Assembly: GCA_000934665.2 (NCBI GenBank)
Contig: KZ538579.1
Location: 1-60,563, forward strand
Direction of reading: 5' to 3'
Length of the DNA stretch: 60,563 nucleotides
Source of the DNA: Catajapyx aquilonaris
Taxonomy: Eukaryota
Below, in pieces: positions 1-14,900 of the stretch. The position numbers and the translations under genes were made by a program. Every line of letters begins with the position of its first letter. Position 1 is the first letter of the stretch. The notes below the pieces were generated by a model, which worked only from the letters and a program-made list of their open reading frames with translations, had not been told where the DNA came from and searched no databases.

Positions 1-659
1 AAAAAAAGGAGAAGTTTGGTATATCTTCCATGTCTGAAGATGTGTAGAGTGGAAAGAAGGGCGGGAGGAAGAGGTTCTCAACCCCTTTTTTCAAAGTCAA
101 GGACCGCCATCATGGAAGGAGGATGGAGGAGGTACAGGGTGTGGAGGGGGGGAAAAGAAGGTGGATCGTAACATAGGGGGGGTTGGCATTTGGTGTGTGT
201 GTGTAGCTGCTAGCATTTGGGCTTTCTCTCCTTTTGCGAATACCCGGCCGGACTGGACTTGTTGTTTATTATCAGCCTCNCCCCCCCCCCCCCCTCCCTC
301 TTCCTCCCGTCCATGTCTACCCACCAGCATTGCCCACACCGAAAAACCTACTCTGCCCAATAAGGAAGTGCGAAAGTTTCATCCCGAGAATCCTTTCTTA
401 CACCCACCACATCACGTATCTACCAGGTACGACTGCGTCACCCAGTCGCCAAGGGGACAGAGAAAAAAAAAGAAGTCTCTTGGCCAATGGCTAAATGGCG
501 CTACTGTGGGCGACAAAAGGTTACGGGGTTGACCGCAGCAGCAATAGGAAACTATTCGCCAAGGCTGACTACTACGGCTGTCCCCATGCGGTACCGTATC
601 CCTCTCGTAGATGACGCCCTGCCACTCTCAGGGTCGTCGCAAGGGTAAACTTGGCAACG

Positions 660-910
660 CTGCCCCCCCACTTGGACGTAGTACGATATGCCACTACCAG
701 TTGGCGCTAATCCTCCCTCTCTTCAAACTATAATCCGGCCACTTCAAGTGGTAACTGCATGCACGTTGGTGATGAGTCAATTGTAGGGACAAGGTCGCGC
801 CTAGCCAATTCTATATATGATGAACGTTGGTGATGAGTCGATCGTAGGGATAGGGTCACGCCTAGCCAGTTCTATATATGCTGCACGTTGGTGATGAGTC
901 GTTGGTAGGG
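660..910 (-). repeat. Interspersed repeat family R3 (GGTGACTCATCACCAACGTGCATG), reverse copy with three ~59-bp internal tandem units
   Basis: cacgttggtgatgagtc-type unit repeated near 762, 824 and 884. Forward relatives at ~5125-5425, 9513-9532, 13143-13385 and 15700-16510. Confidence 0.7.
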
Positions 911-1471
911 CAGTGTTGCCAAGTTTTACTGTATGTAATTATTGCAAAAAAATGCGAGGAAGGTTTTCAGCTAAAAATTGACTCCACAGGATTAGAACTG
1001 GTGAGGTAATAATCCATGCCTTGCAAAATTAAAACATTTGTAAGAAGTTGCTTGGCTTTTTAAGCTATACTCGTTGGCATTGATGCAATGGGATAAAGTG
1101 ACGTAACTGATGACTGTATGACCCATTGTTTAATTTATTCCCAGAAAAAAAAAACAATCACGCTATAAGTATGCGCGATTCGAATCACGTGCACTGCCAA
1201 GTGCCTGCTGGTGTTTGAAAATAAAATAATATTGGGTCGAGTCATTATTATGCATTAGCAACCAATTTGTTAACTGTTAACGCGACTTTTTATATATATA
1301 AAAAATGATATTTATTATAATGATATAACGACATTGCCGTTGCATTACGACCTTGATCTGAAAGGGTATGAAGGTAAATTGTGGAGCAAACTACCCTGAG
1401 ACCGGGATCAGGGGAAGGTCAGCCGTTCACCTGGCAACCATGACATTTACTGGGTGCAACAATTACTCCTC

Positions 1472-1504
<33 letters not shown>

Positions 1505-1729
1505 TTTAACTGCGTAACGGTCTCCCCACCAAAAAAATCCGGGACGTTTTATTTAACCCCCGCTCTTCTCGCGAGTGACATATTATGGCAAAAAGGGCAG
1601 CTCTGCCAGTGCAATTACTGCGAGAACATATCGTCTCGTCAACCTTGCTGCAATGGATTTTACAAGTGCTTGTGGGGGACACAACCTGCAATTTTTAAAG
1701 CACTTCATTTATTATTGCGTTAGAATATA

Positions 1730-1840
1730 CAGTGCTGGACATATTAGCAGTCCCTAAATATTTACTTAATTGTCAGGTAACGTCAGCTCTGCAAATGTCG
1801 ACAAATAAACATTTAGGGACTGCTAAAATGTCCAGCACTG
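1730..1840. mobile_element. Tc1/mariner-type MITE (111 bp)
   Basis: TA|CAGTGCTGGACATATTAGCAGTCCCTAAAT ... ATTTAGGGACTGCTAAAATGTCCAGCACTG|TA. A degenerate relative lies at ~37163-37234. Confidence 0.8.
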
Positions 1841-1852
1841 TACCAGGACTGT

Positions 1853-2203
1853 CAGGGAGCATACACTGCATAAGAGGCGCAAACTTCGGTCAGCGCCATT
1901 GATTTCCGCGTGTCTCTGTTTGGGGCAGTTGCTAAGGCTGGCGGCAATTTTGAAGTGTGGGCAACGCCAACGAGGGTACAGGCAAAAATAGAGTCCGCCA
2001 TCTTTGATTAGCGCGTGTTCTTGCCGTGTAGTTGCCATGACCTCCAAAACCATCAAAGATGGCGGACCCTATTTTTGCCTGTACCCTATTTATACCTCGT
2101 TGGCGTTGCCCACACTTCAAAATGGCCGCCAGCCTTGGCAACGGCCCCAAACAGAGAGACGCGAACATCAAAGGCGCCGACAGAAGTTTGCGCCTCTTAT
2201 GTA
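1853..2203. mobile_element. Long-palindromic MITE family M2, copy 1 (right end truncated)
   Basis: Starts CAGGGAGCATACACTGCATAAGAGGCGCAAAC; ~150-bp inverted arms; homologous to 15771-16110 and 45745-45984. Confidence 0.8.
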
Positions 2204-2886
2204 CTGCCTAAGATTTGAGACACCACTTGCGATAATATGCGATTAATTTAATAATATTCCGTAATTGTACGGAATGTGTGTCTAAAATGTGAAGTGTGAC
2301 GAGTACATGTAATTAATTAATTAATACTGATTGTGTTCGCTCGCGTTCTGTGACGTTACTTTCAACATGGGTTGCAACTTATGCTTCCACATGAATCTCA
2401 GCCTAAATTGGCTATCATGCCCGTTACATGCACCATTTCTTCTCCTTGCAATCAATTACCTTCGTCTATACCAAAATACCGGTTTATTTCTCGCCTCTCA
2501 CAAAGTAAGACTTATAACTTCCATCTTTTGTTAATCCCTTTTTTTTCTGGAGCAATATGAGAGGCGTAACCGGTTGGCTGCAGAGGCGTGACCTTTTCCG
2601 CGGTATCTCTCTCTTTTTTTGCGAAATGTCACGCACCTGCAATTAGTTGCAAGTAAAAGTGCATTGCTATAAAAAGATAGCCGCTTTCCAAGTGGGCAGC
2701 ATCTCAAACCGGATGACCTTCGCGCAGGGAATGGCTACCCCCCTTTTTTTTGTGTGTATATGGAGGTTGAAGGGACTTTTGTCCAATCATCGGGACGAAA
2801 AGAGTGCACATTATTGTTTTAATAAAAAAAAGAAGTGTGAAATGTTGCTAAAACTTGTTTTTGTCTCTTTTTTCTTTGCAGCCAAG

Positions 2887-2952
2887 ATGGATTGGCGACG
2901 GGCGTTGGCGTTGCTGATATCATGGGCCTGCTTAGCCATATACATCGTGCAG
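2887..2952 (+). CDS. dpy: dumpy coding exon 1, signal peptide (MDWRRALALLISWACLAIYIVQ)
   Basis: Polypyrimidine acceptor ttttctttgcag ends at 2881, good Kozak context aagATGG at 2887, donor CAG|gtcagt at 2953. A phase-0 join to exon 2 gives a complete signal peptide ...YIVQ-VPGVDA|DP. Confidence 0.8.
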
Positions 2953-5900
2953 GTCAGTTCATTTCTTCGTTATTAGTGGCGGACTCAAAATGGCCGCCCT
3001 ATCAGCCCACCCGCAATTTTTGTGATGGAAATGGTGAAAAATGCGGGAAATACGAAGCAATTAATATTCTGCCAGTTGACATCTTCGTCAGTGTGGGACT
3101 GAAAATGGTCGCTCTATTTGTTATGGGAATTTGGTAGGAAATGCGGGAAATATACAGCAATTAATTCTCTGTCGATTGACCTCTTCGTGGGGATTCAAAA
3201 TGGCTGCCCTATCAGCCCACCAGCTATTTTTGTGATGGAAATGGTGAAAAAATGCGGGAATTGCGAAGCAATTACCACTCTGTCAACCGACCTCTTATAT
3301 AGCTGAATTTTTTAACGAGCACAACCGAGTGCGCACCCACACTCGCGCAAGTCCATTGCTCAGACGACAACGTTGCCACGCTTAATCCTCAGGGGCCAAA
3401 TTCACACCGGTAACCTCTAAGGTTCGTTCCAGAACTTGGCAACGTCGCAAAATTCGGCCATGTTGTAAACCCCCCTCCCCCCCCCCCCCCNCGTAGTGTT
3501 GTAAACAATTTTCTCGAATTGTGTTGCGCACTCGGTCGAGCTCGAAGAATTATGCTATAATACACTGCATATTATTTATTAATTATTTATCGATGTTTAT
3601 GAATATGTATTCATATTGCATATTTTATATTTATTTGTATTTATTAACGAAAATATATTTATTATTTATATTTATATGTAGTTACATTAATATTTATGAA
3701 TATTATTACTTATCGATATTAATACTTATCGATATTAATATATAAATTAATATTTTACATTTATTAACAGTTATTCATTAATATTATTTTATTAACCGTT
3801 ACATATTTATATTTATTAACCGTTACATATTTATATTTATAAACATTCATATATTTATACATATTTATTAATAGTCATATTATATTTATAATATTTAGTT
3901 ACATAAATACCCTAGCTATTAATATTATTTATTAATATTATTTACGAGTGTTAATATTTATTAATATTATTTATTAATAGGCCTATTATTTACGAGTGTT
4001 AATATTTATTAGGATTATTTACGAGTGTTAATATTTATTAGGATTATTTACGAGTGTTAATATTTATTAATATTATTTACGAATGCTAATGTTTATTAAT
4101 TTATATTTTTATTAGTATTTACATTTATTTATTATAGCGAAGCTATTTGGTTGCGCCCATTTAAAAAAAAAATCATGTACAGCGGGGGATTCAAAATGGC
4201 CCCCGTATTAGCCGTACCCGCAATATTTGCGATGGAAATTGGATGGAAAATACGGGAAATACGAACGAATTAAAAATATATTTCTCTGGACGTGTCGTGT
4301 ACACTTGGTTGTCGTACGATTTGAAGATAAGACGAGTATGATAATTCGGCCAACCTGTTGCCATGCATATACTGCATACTTGGAAAGGTCATGCGCTGCG
4401 TCTGGCTCAGCAGCCAATCGGCGCCCGGCTGAGCAGGGGCAATTAGGTGCATTCCCCCCCTTTAATTGCAATGCAATGCACCCGAGTGTCAACAATGGTT
4501 CGTGATTTTTTTTTTGTGTGGTTGTTGCAGTCTCTCCCTTGGGTACTATAGCTAGATGGGCGTGTCCCCGTCTCCCTGCAAAAGGGAAGAGGCCAAGGTT
4601 GCACTAAGGTCGGTGGGCGGTCGGGATTTACAATCGGCGCCCCTCGGCCGCTGCTCAAAAAAAAAAGAATCGGCCAAAAGCTTCGTAAGATAAAAAGGAA
4701 AAGGAGCCCTCCAAAAAAAGAGATGGGGGTCTTCAGAAGGTGTTAAGGCCATTGTCGTCATCGCTCCGGGAGACCGCGTGGGTCTGGCCGGATACTTCTT
4801 CTTCTTCGGGGGGAAAGGGAAAGGGACTCTCCCTGGTGGTCACTCTATACACATCCACTATACGCATGTACATATGGGGAGTGGGCAGCAAGTGGCAAGG
4901 ACGACCAGTCTCCAGAAACGGGATACAAGGGAACACGCATAATCTAATTATATCATGTCCGGAAGAGAGGCAAGCCGGAGGGGTAGCAGAGTGTGTCTCC
5001 TGGCACGTACGGACCATAAGGGATTGCTCATCGTTACTTCCGCGCAACGGTCCTCATCACAAGGATGGAGGAAACAACGAGATTTAATTCCAATTAATAT
5101 ATCGCGGTCTAATCGTACGACTTATAATAGAATTGGCTAGGCCCGTCCAACTATTACTCGTTAGGGTGTGACTCCGTTCCTATACTCATCACCTGGGTGC
5201 ATGACTGTACCATACTCGTCACTCTCCCCGTTCAATAATGAGAGGACAGGTATACACGCTCTGTAGCGGTCTGATAGGGTGGGGCCCACTTCCATCGACG
5301 GTCTGGTGGGTGACTCATCACCAACGTGCATGTAGTACTACTTTCCCCTTGAGAGCGGCAGTAGCGTGCGGAGAATGAGCCTATGCGCCAACTGGTAGGG
5401 GCCTATCGCACTACGTCCAAGTTGGGCCAAATTTTGGCAATGGGTTCGCAACTGTAGCCGATTATTTTGAACGAACGCAACCGAGCGTGCATGTTTGGCA
5501 TTATGACTGACTATGGTAAGCGCTGCACTTATTTCCAACGCTATGCTTGGGGAGGGGAAAAAAATGACCGACATTTGCGACGTTGCAAGACTCAGAGGCT
5601 ACGGGTGTTGGGTAACTTAGGCAACGTTGTCGGAACAATGGAACTGCGCGAATGTTGGTGCGCACTCGGTTGCTCTCGTAAAATAATATACCGTCAAACG
5701 GGGTGAGATTGTGCCAGCTCAATACAGCGAGCCCTACCGCTAATTTTACTAGAGTTTAACGCCTGCTGCCAGTAGGGCTGACTGTTGTCCAAAAATGCGC
5801 TGGCACAATCTCACCACGTTTGACGGTAGCCTGCCCAACGAATCCACCATATCGCACGTATTTCCGACACTAATCTTGCAACATTGTACGACAATAACGG

Positions 5901-8900
5901 TTGATTCTACCTATACGTACACGACGCACCCTCTTTTTTTTTAGCAAAGAAAATTCGGCGATGTTCGAATATGACATGGAGCAGGCTGCGCACTCTCTCT
6001 TTTTGTTTGTATGTCTCTCATGAGACGACCCATTTCCCATCCCCGCAAGACTGGACCAACACTCTTCCAGAATCGTACGTGAATCCGGTCTCATCAAGAG
6101 AGAGACTTGAATGAGGGAATAAATCAGCAGCAAGAGTCACCCTGTACTGTCCTAATGACAAGTAGGCTCTCGTGCGAATTGCACGTTTGTGTATGTACGC
6201 ACATGTACCCATTGTTTTACGCTGATTGGCCGAACCGAGAGAAAGTCGTGGGAAAAAAAGGAACCGCGATGCAGAAATATCCTCAGGAGGTATACATAGG
6301 TGGGTGTATAAAAATTGTGTTACTGTACATGGATTGGAGAAATTATGTAGTACCGAACCTATCAACTAGATGGCGCACACTACTGATGACTCACCGCGGA
6401 CAAACCTGGCCATCGAGTTTCCTGAACAAATTGCTCGGATAATTCGAGTACCGGTAATGTTTTTTTTTGTAATTAAAGCGCAATCGCCCCCCCCCCAAAA
6501 AAAAAGAAATCGTTACAAGGCAAGGATACTGGTTCACCTTGTGTGGCCAGCTGTAAAACATTACGTGCAAGAATTCCAGGTAATATACTGGGATATTTTA
6601 TGTCTTATGGGGAGAGAATGCAATGAGCGTTATTAATAGATCGGTCGATAATTTAGCGAAATTATAATTTTAAATGCGACAGTGTGGTCCAACGTTAAGT
6701 TCAACCAGACACATGTTGGATCTTTTAGGAGCCTTTTGTTGTCTTCTTCTTCTTCTTCATTGACTGAAGACAATGGTTGATGCGTCATGTCATGAGGTTG
6801 GCCCCTTTTGTTTCCTTTTTCTTCTTTTAACTGATGTAATGGCCAATAGCTGGCCTGGGTCCAATCCGGATCCCCCCCTGTTGGCGCCATCCGAAACTCA
6901 TAAGTCACTCTACAGGGGGCCCTCATCCGGACAATAAAAGAGGACGAGCCCTCAACAATGCTGCACAAAATTGGGCACTGCGGGGACTGCCAAATTCCGC
7001 GAATTATTTTTTAAAAAATCGGCACGACTTTTTTTAAAAAAGGGTCAGTCGGTAAGCAGAAAATATGAGGACAAAGTTTTTCCCCCAGCAAATCTAGGAA
7101 ACCCCCCTTTTATTTCTAGGCCTGCGACCTGCGGTGGTGAAGGCCATCGGGCTTTCGACGGAAATGACCTCAACAATGCGAGTATAGACAGTGTCAACGA
7201 ATTGGCTCGCATTGTTGTGTGAGGGGGCCAATCGGAAGCGTCGCGGTAACAACATGTTGCGGACCAATCAGATGGCATTATACCAGCAAGAATTTTAATA
7301 TGGATTTGCGAAAGGCGGACGCATTTATTACACGACAGGCGAGTTCCAGATATGCTACGTCAGAATAACCGTGTAATCAACCGTGCGGAACAAGCTCGGC
7401 CTTTTTTTTTTTTTGAACAAAAATCTTCTGTATTCTCTCGAAGGATTTGGCCAGCATTTGAGTCCGTTGCAAGGACGTCGACCTTCCACTCAATCGCCTG
7501 GGGGACGCCCTTTTTGCGCACACACACCATTGTATACACGTTACACACACACACATCCTCTCTGTTCACCTCCAGACAGATTGTTGCTGGGTTGCTGGAG
7601 AGGTATTAACAATCCCTGATTATACCGCTCTAAGCGTCTGACCAATCCTTCAATATAATATCCAGTAGCTCCACCAGCAACTATTTAAATCGCGAATTTA
7701 CAGCCAGATACACACCAGGGGGTATATAATCATACGGGCTGGAGGCTGCGTAGGCAAACAGGTAGTAAAAATCCTGGAGCAGACCATGCATAGCTATGCC
7801 CCCTTCCAAAAGAGGTCTTCGTCCTTTTTTTCCCTCCCCGTTGCAGCCAACTGCTCAAGATTCTCGTAATAATAATAATGCGAGGATGGCCAGCCAGCCA
7901 TATGCATGCGCAACAAGCCAACAGTAAACATCCTCGAGAGTTGAACCAATCAAAAAGCGTCAGAGACATACAATTGTTTAACCCCAAAGCAATGTTTCGC
8001 ATTCTGGACACACTACTCGGATTCAAGGAAGGGTACTCTACCGGAGAAGCACGATTACATGTCAGAGTGAAAGGAATTGCTCGAATATTATTTGTTTATT
8101 TATTTATTTAATCGCGCACCCCCAGAAACAATGTCAATTATTAAGAAGTTGTTACTTCTCAAGATTATCTATAATATTAAAATCCTGAGTTGTATTGTTA
8201 CGCGTTCTGATTGGTTATACCGCAACGCTTCCGATTGGCCCCAGTTCTGCGCATGCGCAGGTGGATGAAGCGCCTCTGGTGGTACGATCGAGGAACTGCC
8301 GGCTGGAGGGTCTACATCGCTCCCTTCCCACCCCCGAGCTGTTTTTTCTAGCGCTTATTCTCAATTTTTTTTTTAAAAAAAAAATTGGTTTAAAAATTAC
8401 TTAATAAGCAGTCGGGTTTTAAATACAGGGTGGTCCAAGTTCAAGTGTCGTTTTATAACGGCGATTAATAGAAGCGCTTAACGATGACGTAGCAGCGACG
8501 TGTAAAATTGCCCACTTCGATGGCGCCGAAGATGCGCCGAAGTGGGATATTTTACGCGTCGCTGCTACGTCATCGCAAAATCACTGCTATTAATCGCCGT
8601 TATAAAACGACACTTGAACTTGGACCACCCTGTATATGATATGGCGAATTTATGTTCCCGCAATTTCTTCGCAGTTTCTGCGAAATATTTCCGTCTTATT
8701 GTATGGTCCGGTTGTGTCAATCCATTAAAAATATTGCCGGGTATATTACGACTGGGCATCAAAGGCTGACAAGCCGACAACCTTTTTCGGGCCCGCAAAT
8801 TTGTGCAAATTTTCTCTGGCCTGCCAATGGCTGCTCGAGGCCCCAAATTGCAGCTCATCTTCAGTTTTGTCCAATCCAGACGCGTGAACACAGCCGACTA

Positions 8901-11900
8901 TAAATTTTGCGAATAGCGTGCAACAAAAAAAAGGTGGAGATGCGAACCGCACGACCGCAACATAATCGCGAATTTTGGCATCCCCCATTCAATTCGCAAA
9001 TCCGTTTCCCAAAGGCAACAATAATCGGATGCCACGCTTCACCTCGCAAAGAACATAACCGATCTCGTTGCAAAAAAAAAAAGAATTGGCGAATATCAGC
9101 CGCTCCATCTGTTGGGAAATATGCGAGCTTGCTTTCACCATGTTGCGATAATGAGATTAGCGGACGTACCTCGTGACGTGGCTATATAGGATGAGCTCTA
9201 GCTTAATTTTTTTTTGTTCCGGACAATTTTGACTGGCGGTTAGTTATGTGGGCATATTTTTTTTATCGCAACGAGTTGAGTAACTTTGTTACACTAAGGG
9301 TTTACTTTCTAATGGGCTGGACCAAACAGGTTCAAAAAAAGGACCTTTAATTTGAGGTAATCGGTCATGTCGTGCGGATTAAAAAAAAAGGGGGGGGGGG
9401 GGAAGTCACGCAATGACTAAGTATAAAACTGGATTATCTCGTGATTCGTCTTCATTCTCTGGATTACAGCTGATTCCACATCAACCTGGTACCTGACTCT
9501 TTACTTAGTACCGGTGACTCATCACCAACGTGCTTCACCCTAAGCATGGCAGTCAACACGGACAAACTTGTGGACAGAGAGAATAAGCAGATTATAGGCA
9601 TATACATGCCCATTGTTCATGTCGGGGGGTGTCATTACATGTCACTCGGGACATCCATATACATTCTTTAATTCCGTCATGATTGTCATACGTATGTACA
9701 GAAGGCCACGGAGGCGTAATAAGTGGAGAATGTGTATATGTACAGAAGATAATGAGTCAGTCTTATATATTAGAAGAAAGTGGATGCTGGAACACGTCCC
9801 ATTCATTGCATCTTCGGCGTCTTTAACCTTCCCACCCACCACCCACCCACCTTCCTCTCTTCAGTCAATAGCTCATTAACATATGGACGACGACACCCCA
9901 CTTTTTTGTGTCGGGGGGTCATACCTGTGTGCATAATTTGAGTACTTTGGATGACTGACCTCTTTAGCAGGGTCGTTGCGCACGACGAGATGACTCATCC
10001 TGTACCTATAGTTCTAATGGATGTAATTTGTTTCGATTTCAGGTACCTGGTGTAGATGCGGATCCATCGCCAGTGGTGTCCAGAAAGACGGGTCGGTCGT
10101 CCCGACAGTCGTCGACGTTGCGAGGAGGAGGAGGTTCTTCGGCGTCGTCTAGTCTGAGGCTGCCGGGCGTCCAGAGAGAGATCTTCTTCCTGAACCTGGA
10201 GGACGGCTACTTCGGCTGCCAGGTCAACGACTCGGTGGACGTCCTGCAGCTGTTCGAGCTGTCCAAGCTGTGCGACGGACTGTCCCACTGCTTCAGGGCC
10301 TCGGACGAGCTGCACCAGGAACTCAAGTGCTCGGACGACTGCGAGAGGAACACTGGTGTCAACTGCAGGAACGGAGCATGTCTCCAGTCGCAATGCCACT
10401 GCAACGACGGCTACGGAGGAAAAGGATGCGAGATGCCAGGTCAGTACACACTCAATAAGGAAGGCCTCATCACTTACAAGAGTATGCTCAAAATAGCCTC
10501 CAAGACAGGCCTCACAAGAGTAAGGTAGCAGACCTGAAATTAGCCTCCAAGAGAGCTCACTTACAAGAGTATGGTAGCTAGCAGACCTGAAGCTCAAACT
10601 AGCCTCCAAGAGTGGAGCCTCGCTTAAAGTAGGTTAGACCTGAAGCTAGTCTCCACGAGAGGCCCCACAAGAGTAAGGTAGCAGACCTGAACGTAAACTA
10701 GCCTCTAAGAGAGGCCTCACTTAAAGGAGTAAGGTAGCAGACCTGAAGCTCAATCTAGCCTCCAAGAGAGGAGCCTCACTTAAAGGAGTAAGGTAGCAGA
10801 CCTGAAATTAACCTCCAAGAGTGGATCCTCACTTAAAGTAAGGTAGCAGACCTGAAGCTAGTCTCCAAGAGAGGCCCAACAAGAGTAGGGTAGCAGATCT
10901 GAAGCTGAAACTAGCCTCCAAGAGAGCCCTCACGTAAAGGAGTAGGGTAGCAGATCTGAAATTAGCCTTCAAAGGAGGAGATCCTCCCGTCTTGGAGGCT
11001 AATTTGAGCTGCTACATGCGACTGTATCCATGCTGTACCACAATTCTACAGACAAACGTCGAGGGTGATGTTTCAGCAGCTTCAGAATACAGCCTACGAC
11101 ACTTCCATCGTCTCGGCCCCAGTTTGTATTTGCATCGTTCATTGTTGAGGCTATGAATAAAGCAAATTGTACCGTTTCTCACCGCGCTCAATTTTGGTTA
11201 AACCGGGGATAATCACAATAATTGCGGCGTACAACAGTATTTATGAATAAGCGCAACAGTACATAGGGCATGAAATTACGACACATTGTGTCCGGGTTGT
11301 AGCCACAGCAAAAATACCGATGCTATAGTATAAACGGGGAGGGGCAGCATGTGACGTAGCAGAAGCTTGCGAATGACTCCATTTTCCTTGTCAATACCAT
11401 ATAAGATTTGCAAATAAACGAGTGGGTGATTCATGCAATTGTAAACAAGACGTTGCAGCATGAAGGAATTCAATAAGGGGGGGGGGGGGNNNNNNNNNNG
11501 GAACAATTATGTCCATATGTATACATGATGCCTTACTTGGCGATTCGGAGTATGTGAGAGGGGACGCAATATTACTAATTATTATTCCGGTTGTTATTGT
11601 CCGAATGTGTCGGAAAGTAGTGTTGGAATGTGTCGGAAGTTCGTTCCCATTATCAATCAGAAGAAAAAGCTGAAGTTACATTTTTTTAAAATAACAAAAA
11701 TTGCAAACCCTCAAGTAGGGAAACCTTGAGGCAGGTTACAAGAGTAATTCCCACGGAGCCCCCGCAATTTGCATGACATTAACCCTCGACTCGAACAAAT
11801 GGACGAAAATGTGAGAATGACTTCTCCGATGGTCCAATCTGATTATACATACGGAATACACACACAAAAAAAATCATGTACAGCATAAAAAATGGGGGTA

Positions 11901-14900
11901 GATTGTATACGCCGTTTGTTTTATTCTTCCTCGTTGAAATGAAATTATGTGAATCGCAGGAAAATATTTTGAGCATAAAAAAATTTGTTCTTGATTTCAC
12001 TCACTTTCCAACAAATCCATTTTTCTAGTTTTGTTATTTCCAATAATAATAATATTTAATAACATTTAATTAATAACATTACGTATTATTAGTTATTAAT
12101 TAGTAAATTTTTTATCGATACACAATAATGCAACTCAAATTATTAATAATGAAATAAAATGCAAATAATACGAGTGATAATAAAAATAAATAATTACGAA
12201 GAAAAATAATAAATAATGAAATTAATAAAATGAAAATAATAACTAGTGAAATAAAATTAAAATAAACGAACAATAAAATAAATAAATAAACAATGAACTT
12301 AATACTACAATAAATAAATAAGCAACAAATTATTAAAAATGATTTAAGGAATAATAAAATAAATAATAAAATAAATTCACGAGTAATAAGATAACATTAA
12401 CGAAATAATCATTGATAATATTTAATAGTTTTACTAGTATCCATATATTATGTGTGTTTCCCCCCCGAATATTAGTCATAATTTGTGCATGTATAGTTTT
12501 TGGGGGGGTCTCTCGCAGAAAATTTGCAAATTATTATGCATTTTCATACGCGCACATGTTTCTCACGTGTTTCTCCAAGTCCTGTGATTCCATAATTATT
12601 ACTAGAATTTTGTTTAAAAAATAGTTCACCGTCCGATTTGCTAATTTTGTGTGTACTACTGTATTCGTTGTACTAAATGAATTGTGATTATATTATTTCC
12701 AGATGTGAACGAGTGCAAGTACCGTCCTTGCGACGTGTTCTCCCACTGCACCAACACCCTCGGAAGCTTCTTTTGCACGTGCTTTCCTGGCTACGAGGGC
12801 GACGGTACCAACTGCAGAGGTACAGTACAGCGCAATAATAATTATTTTTCGTCCAATTAAACCCCCCCTTGTCCGCACGTGACTGGATCTTTATTTGGCC
12901 TCTCAACCGGTTTTGGAGGCTCACATACAACGCATCCGTCATAAACAAGGTGTAATTGTGTGTCCGTTGGGGTCAGAAGTAACCGTACCTGCATTGTCTA
13001 AATACCGATACTGTACACACTGTATGTCGGCTTAGTATGCCATTTTTTTGACTTATATAGTTATGAAATTGTGCGACTTTCACGACACACGCTTTGCTGC
13101 GAATTTAGCGGACAGGCACTGTACGGTACTTGGATTTCCATCATATGCAGAATTGGCTAGGCGTGACTCTGTCCCGCCTATATATACACACACGCGTTAA
13201 CTCATCACCTAGGTGCATGTAGTTACCGCATAGCTTTCACTTTCCCTGTTCAACAATTAGAGGGCAGTAGTCCACGTGGTGACTCATCACCAACGTGCAT
13301 GTGGTACTATTTTCGCCCTGAGAGTGGCAGTAGTGGATGTGCAAACTTGTAGTGGCGTATCGTACTATACGTCCAAGTTGGGACAGGCTGTCAGTATTAG
13401 TTTGCTAATTATAATCCGCAAAATGTTGAAGAGGAGGTTAAGTAAACCGACCCCATTTTTTTTGCCCATATTTTGATTTCGCAAAAAACAAAAACGTATA
13501 GCATCTGACCCCAAATGATAATCCCTCCTGATACAGTGTTGCACAATCTGAGAGATCTAGATCCACCCTCAATTTTCGCATTTCGCAAAACCGGAATGAA
13601 AAAAAAAGAGAAGAGCTTGCCCTGTGCCTTACTTATATTGCATGACGGTTAATGGACGCTCGGTGCAGCCAATTAGTGCAGGTGAAGGGGGGGTGGATGG
13701 TGGTGCAATTACCCCCCCCCCCTCCTTACCCCCACTCTTCTTCTCTGCTCCATCTCAACCCTCCTCCAGTTGCTTTGGAAGGAAGGTCTTTGCCCCATGG
13801 AGCGGACGTCGGCCCCGCAAACTTCTTGCAACATGAGGATGCGGGGGTGGTGGTGGTGGGGTGGCTAAGAGCCGTTGTCCTTTTTCCGCCTCAACCGTGG
13901 TCATCTTCAACCCACACCGACAGCATTTGTTTGCCCAACTATGGTGGCCATTGTGCCTCCAACCATCCAGAGGTCATCGACTATATTGGTGTGGGCATCT
14001 TTGCAATTTGGATAATTTGTCATCCTGTACAATGCGCCAAACTATATGGATTCATCTTTGAACGAACGCAACCGAGTGCGCAGCACAGTTCGCGCAGCTT
14101 GCATTGTATATACACTGTGAACCGAAAAGCGCCACAAAGCATCAAAAGATCATCAACCATACTTTTTTTTAATGCTCTCGAGATGCTCTTTTAATCGGTG
14201 TACAGTGTACTGCCGTCATATGTGAGAGGACCGTAACTCGATATCCACTTCCCTTGCGGCGAGAAAAGAAAGCAAGTGTTACCGAAAGCATCCAAGAGGT
14301 GGCGTTGGGGGAAGGGGGAAAAAAGGAACGGCACCCCAACTCCACCTGTTGGGTGCTTTTGGTACCACTGCTTTTTTTTCTCGCCGCAAGGGGAAGTGGA
14401 CATTGAGTTACGGTCTTCTCACATCTGACGGCAGTGTAGTGGACGTATTTCCAACGCTACGTTTGGAGCCGCGAAACAAAATGGCCGACCAGTACTCTGA
14501 AGCTGCGTGAGTGTGGGTGCGCACTAGGTTGCGCTCGTAAATAGCGAAGTTAAATTAATTTGTAAACTAAACCGTATTTTACAAGGTGCTGTGCAAATAG
14601 TTTAACCTCGCAATTTATCGCAATCTCGTCTCTTAAAAACACGTCTGGCGCCTCCCACCGTATAATAAGCAAATTTTTTAATTGCGGTTTTGCCTGGCAA
14701 ATTGCGGATCGTTTAATGGCAATAATGTCGGCTCTCGGGGAGCCTCGAAGAAAATGATACCTGCTTCACCAGCAGGGTGGTACACACTCGATGATTTACG
14801 GCTCATAATAATCTCCCTGGCCTTTAAATTGCTTCGTGATCGGAATTCCTCAGCGAGGGCCATTGCCCGTCATTTTTTTTGTTTCAAATAATTAAAAAAA

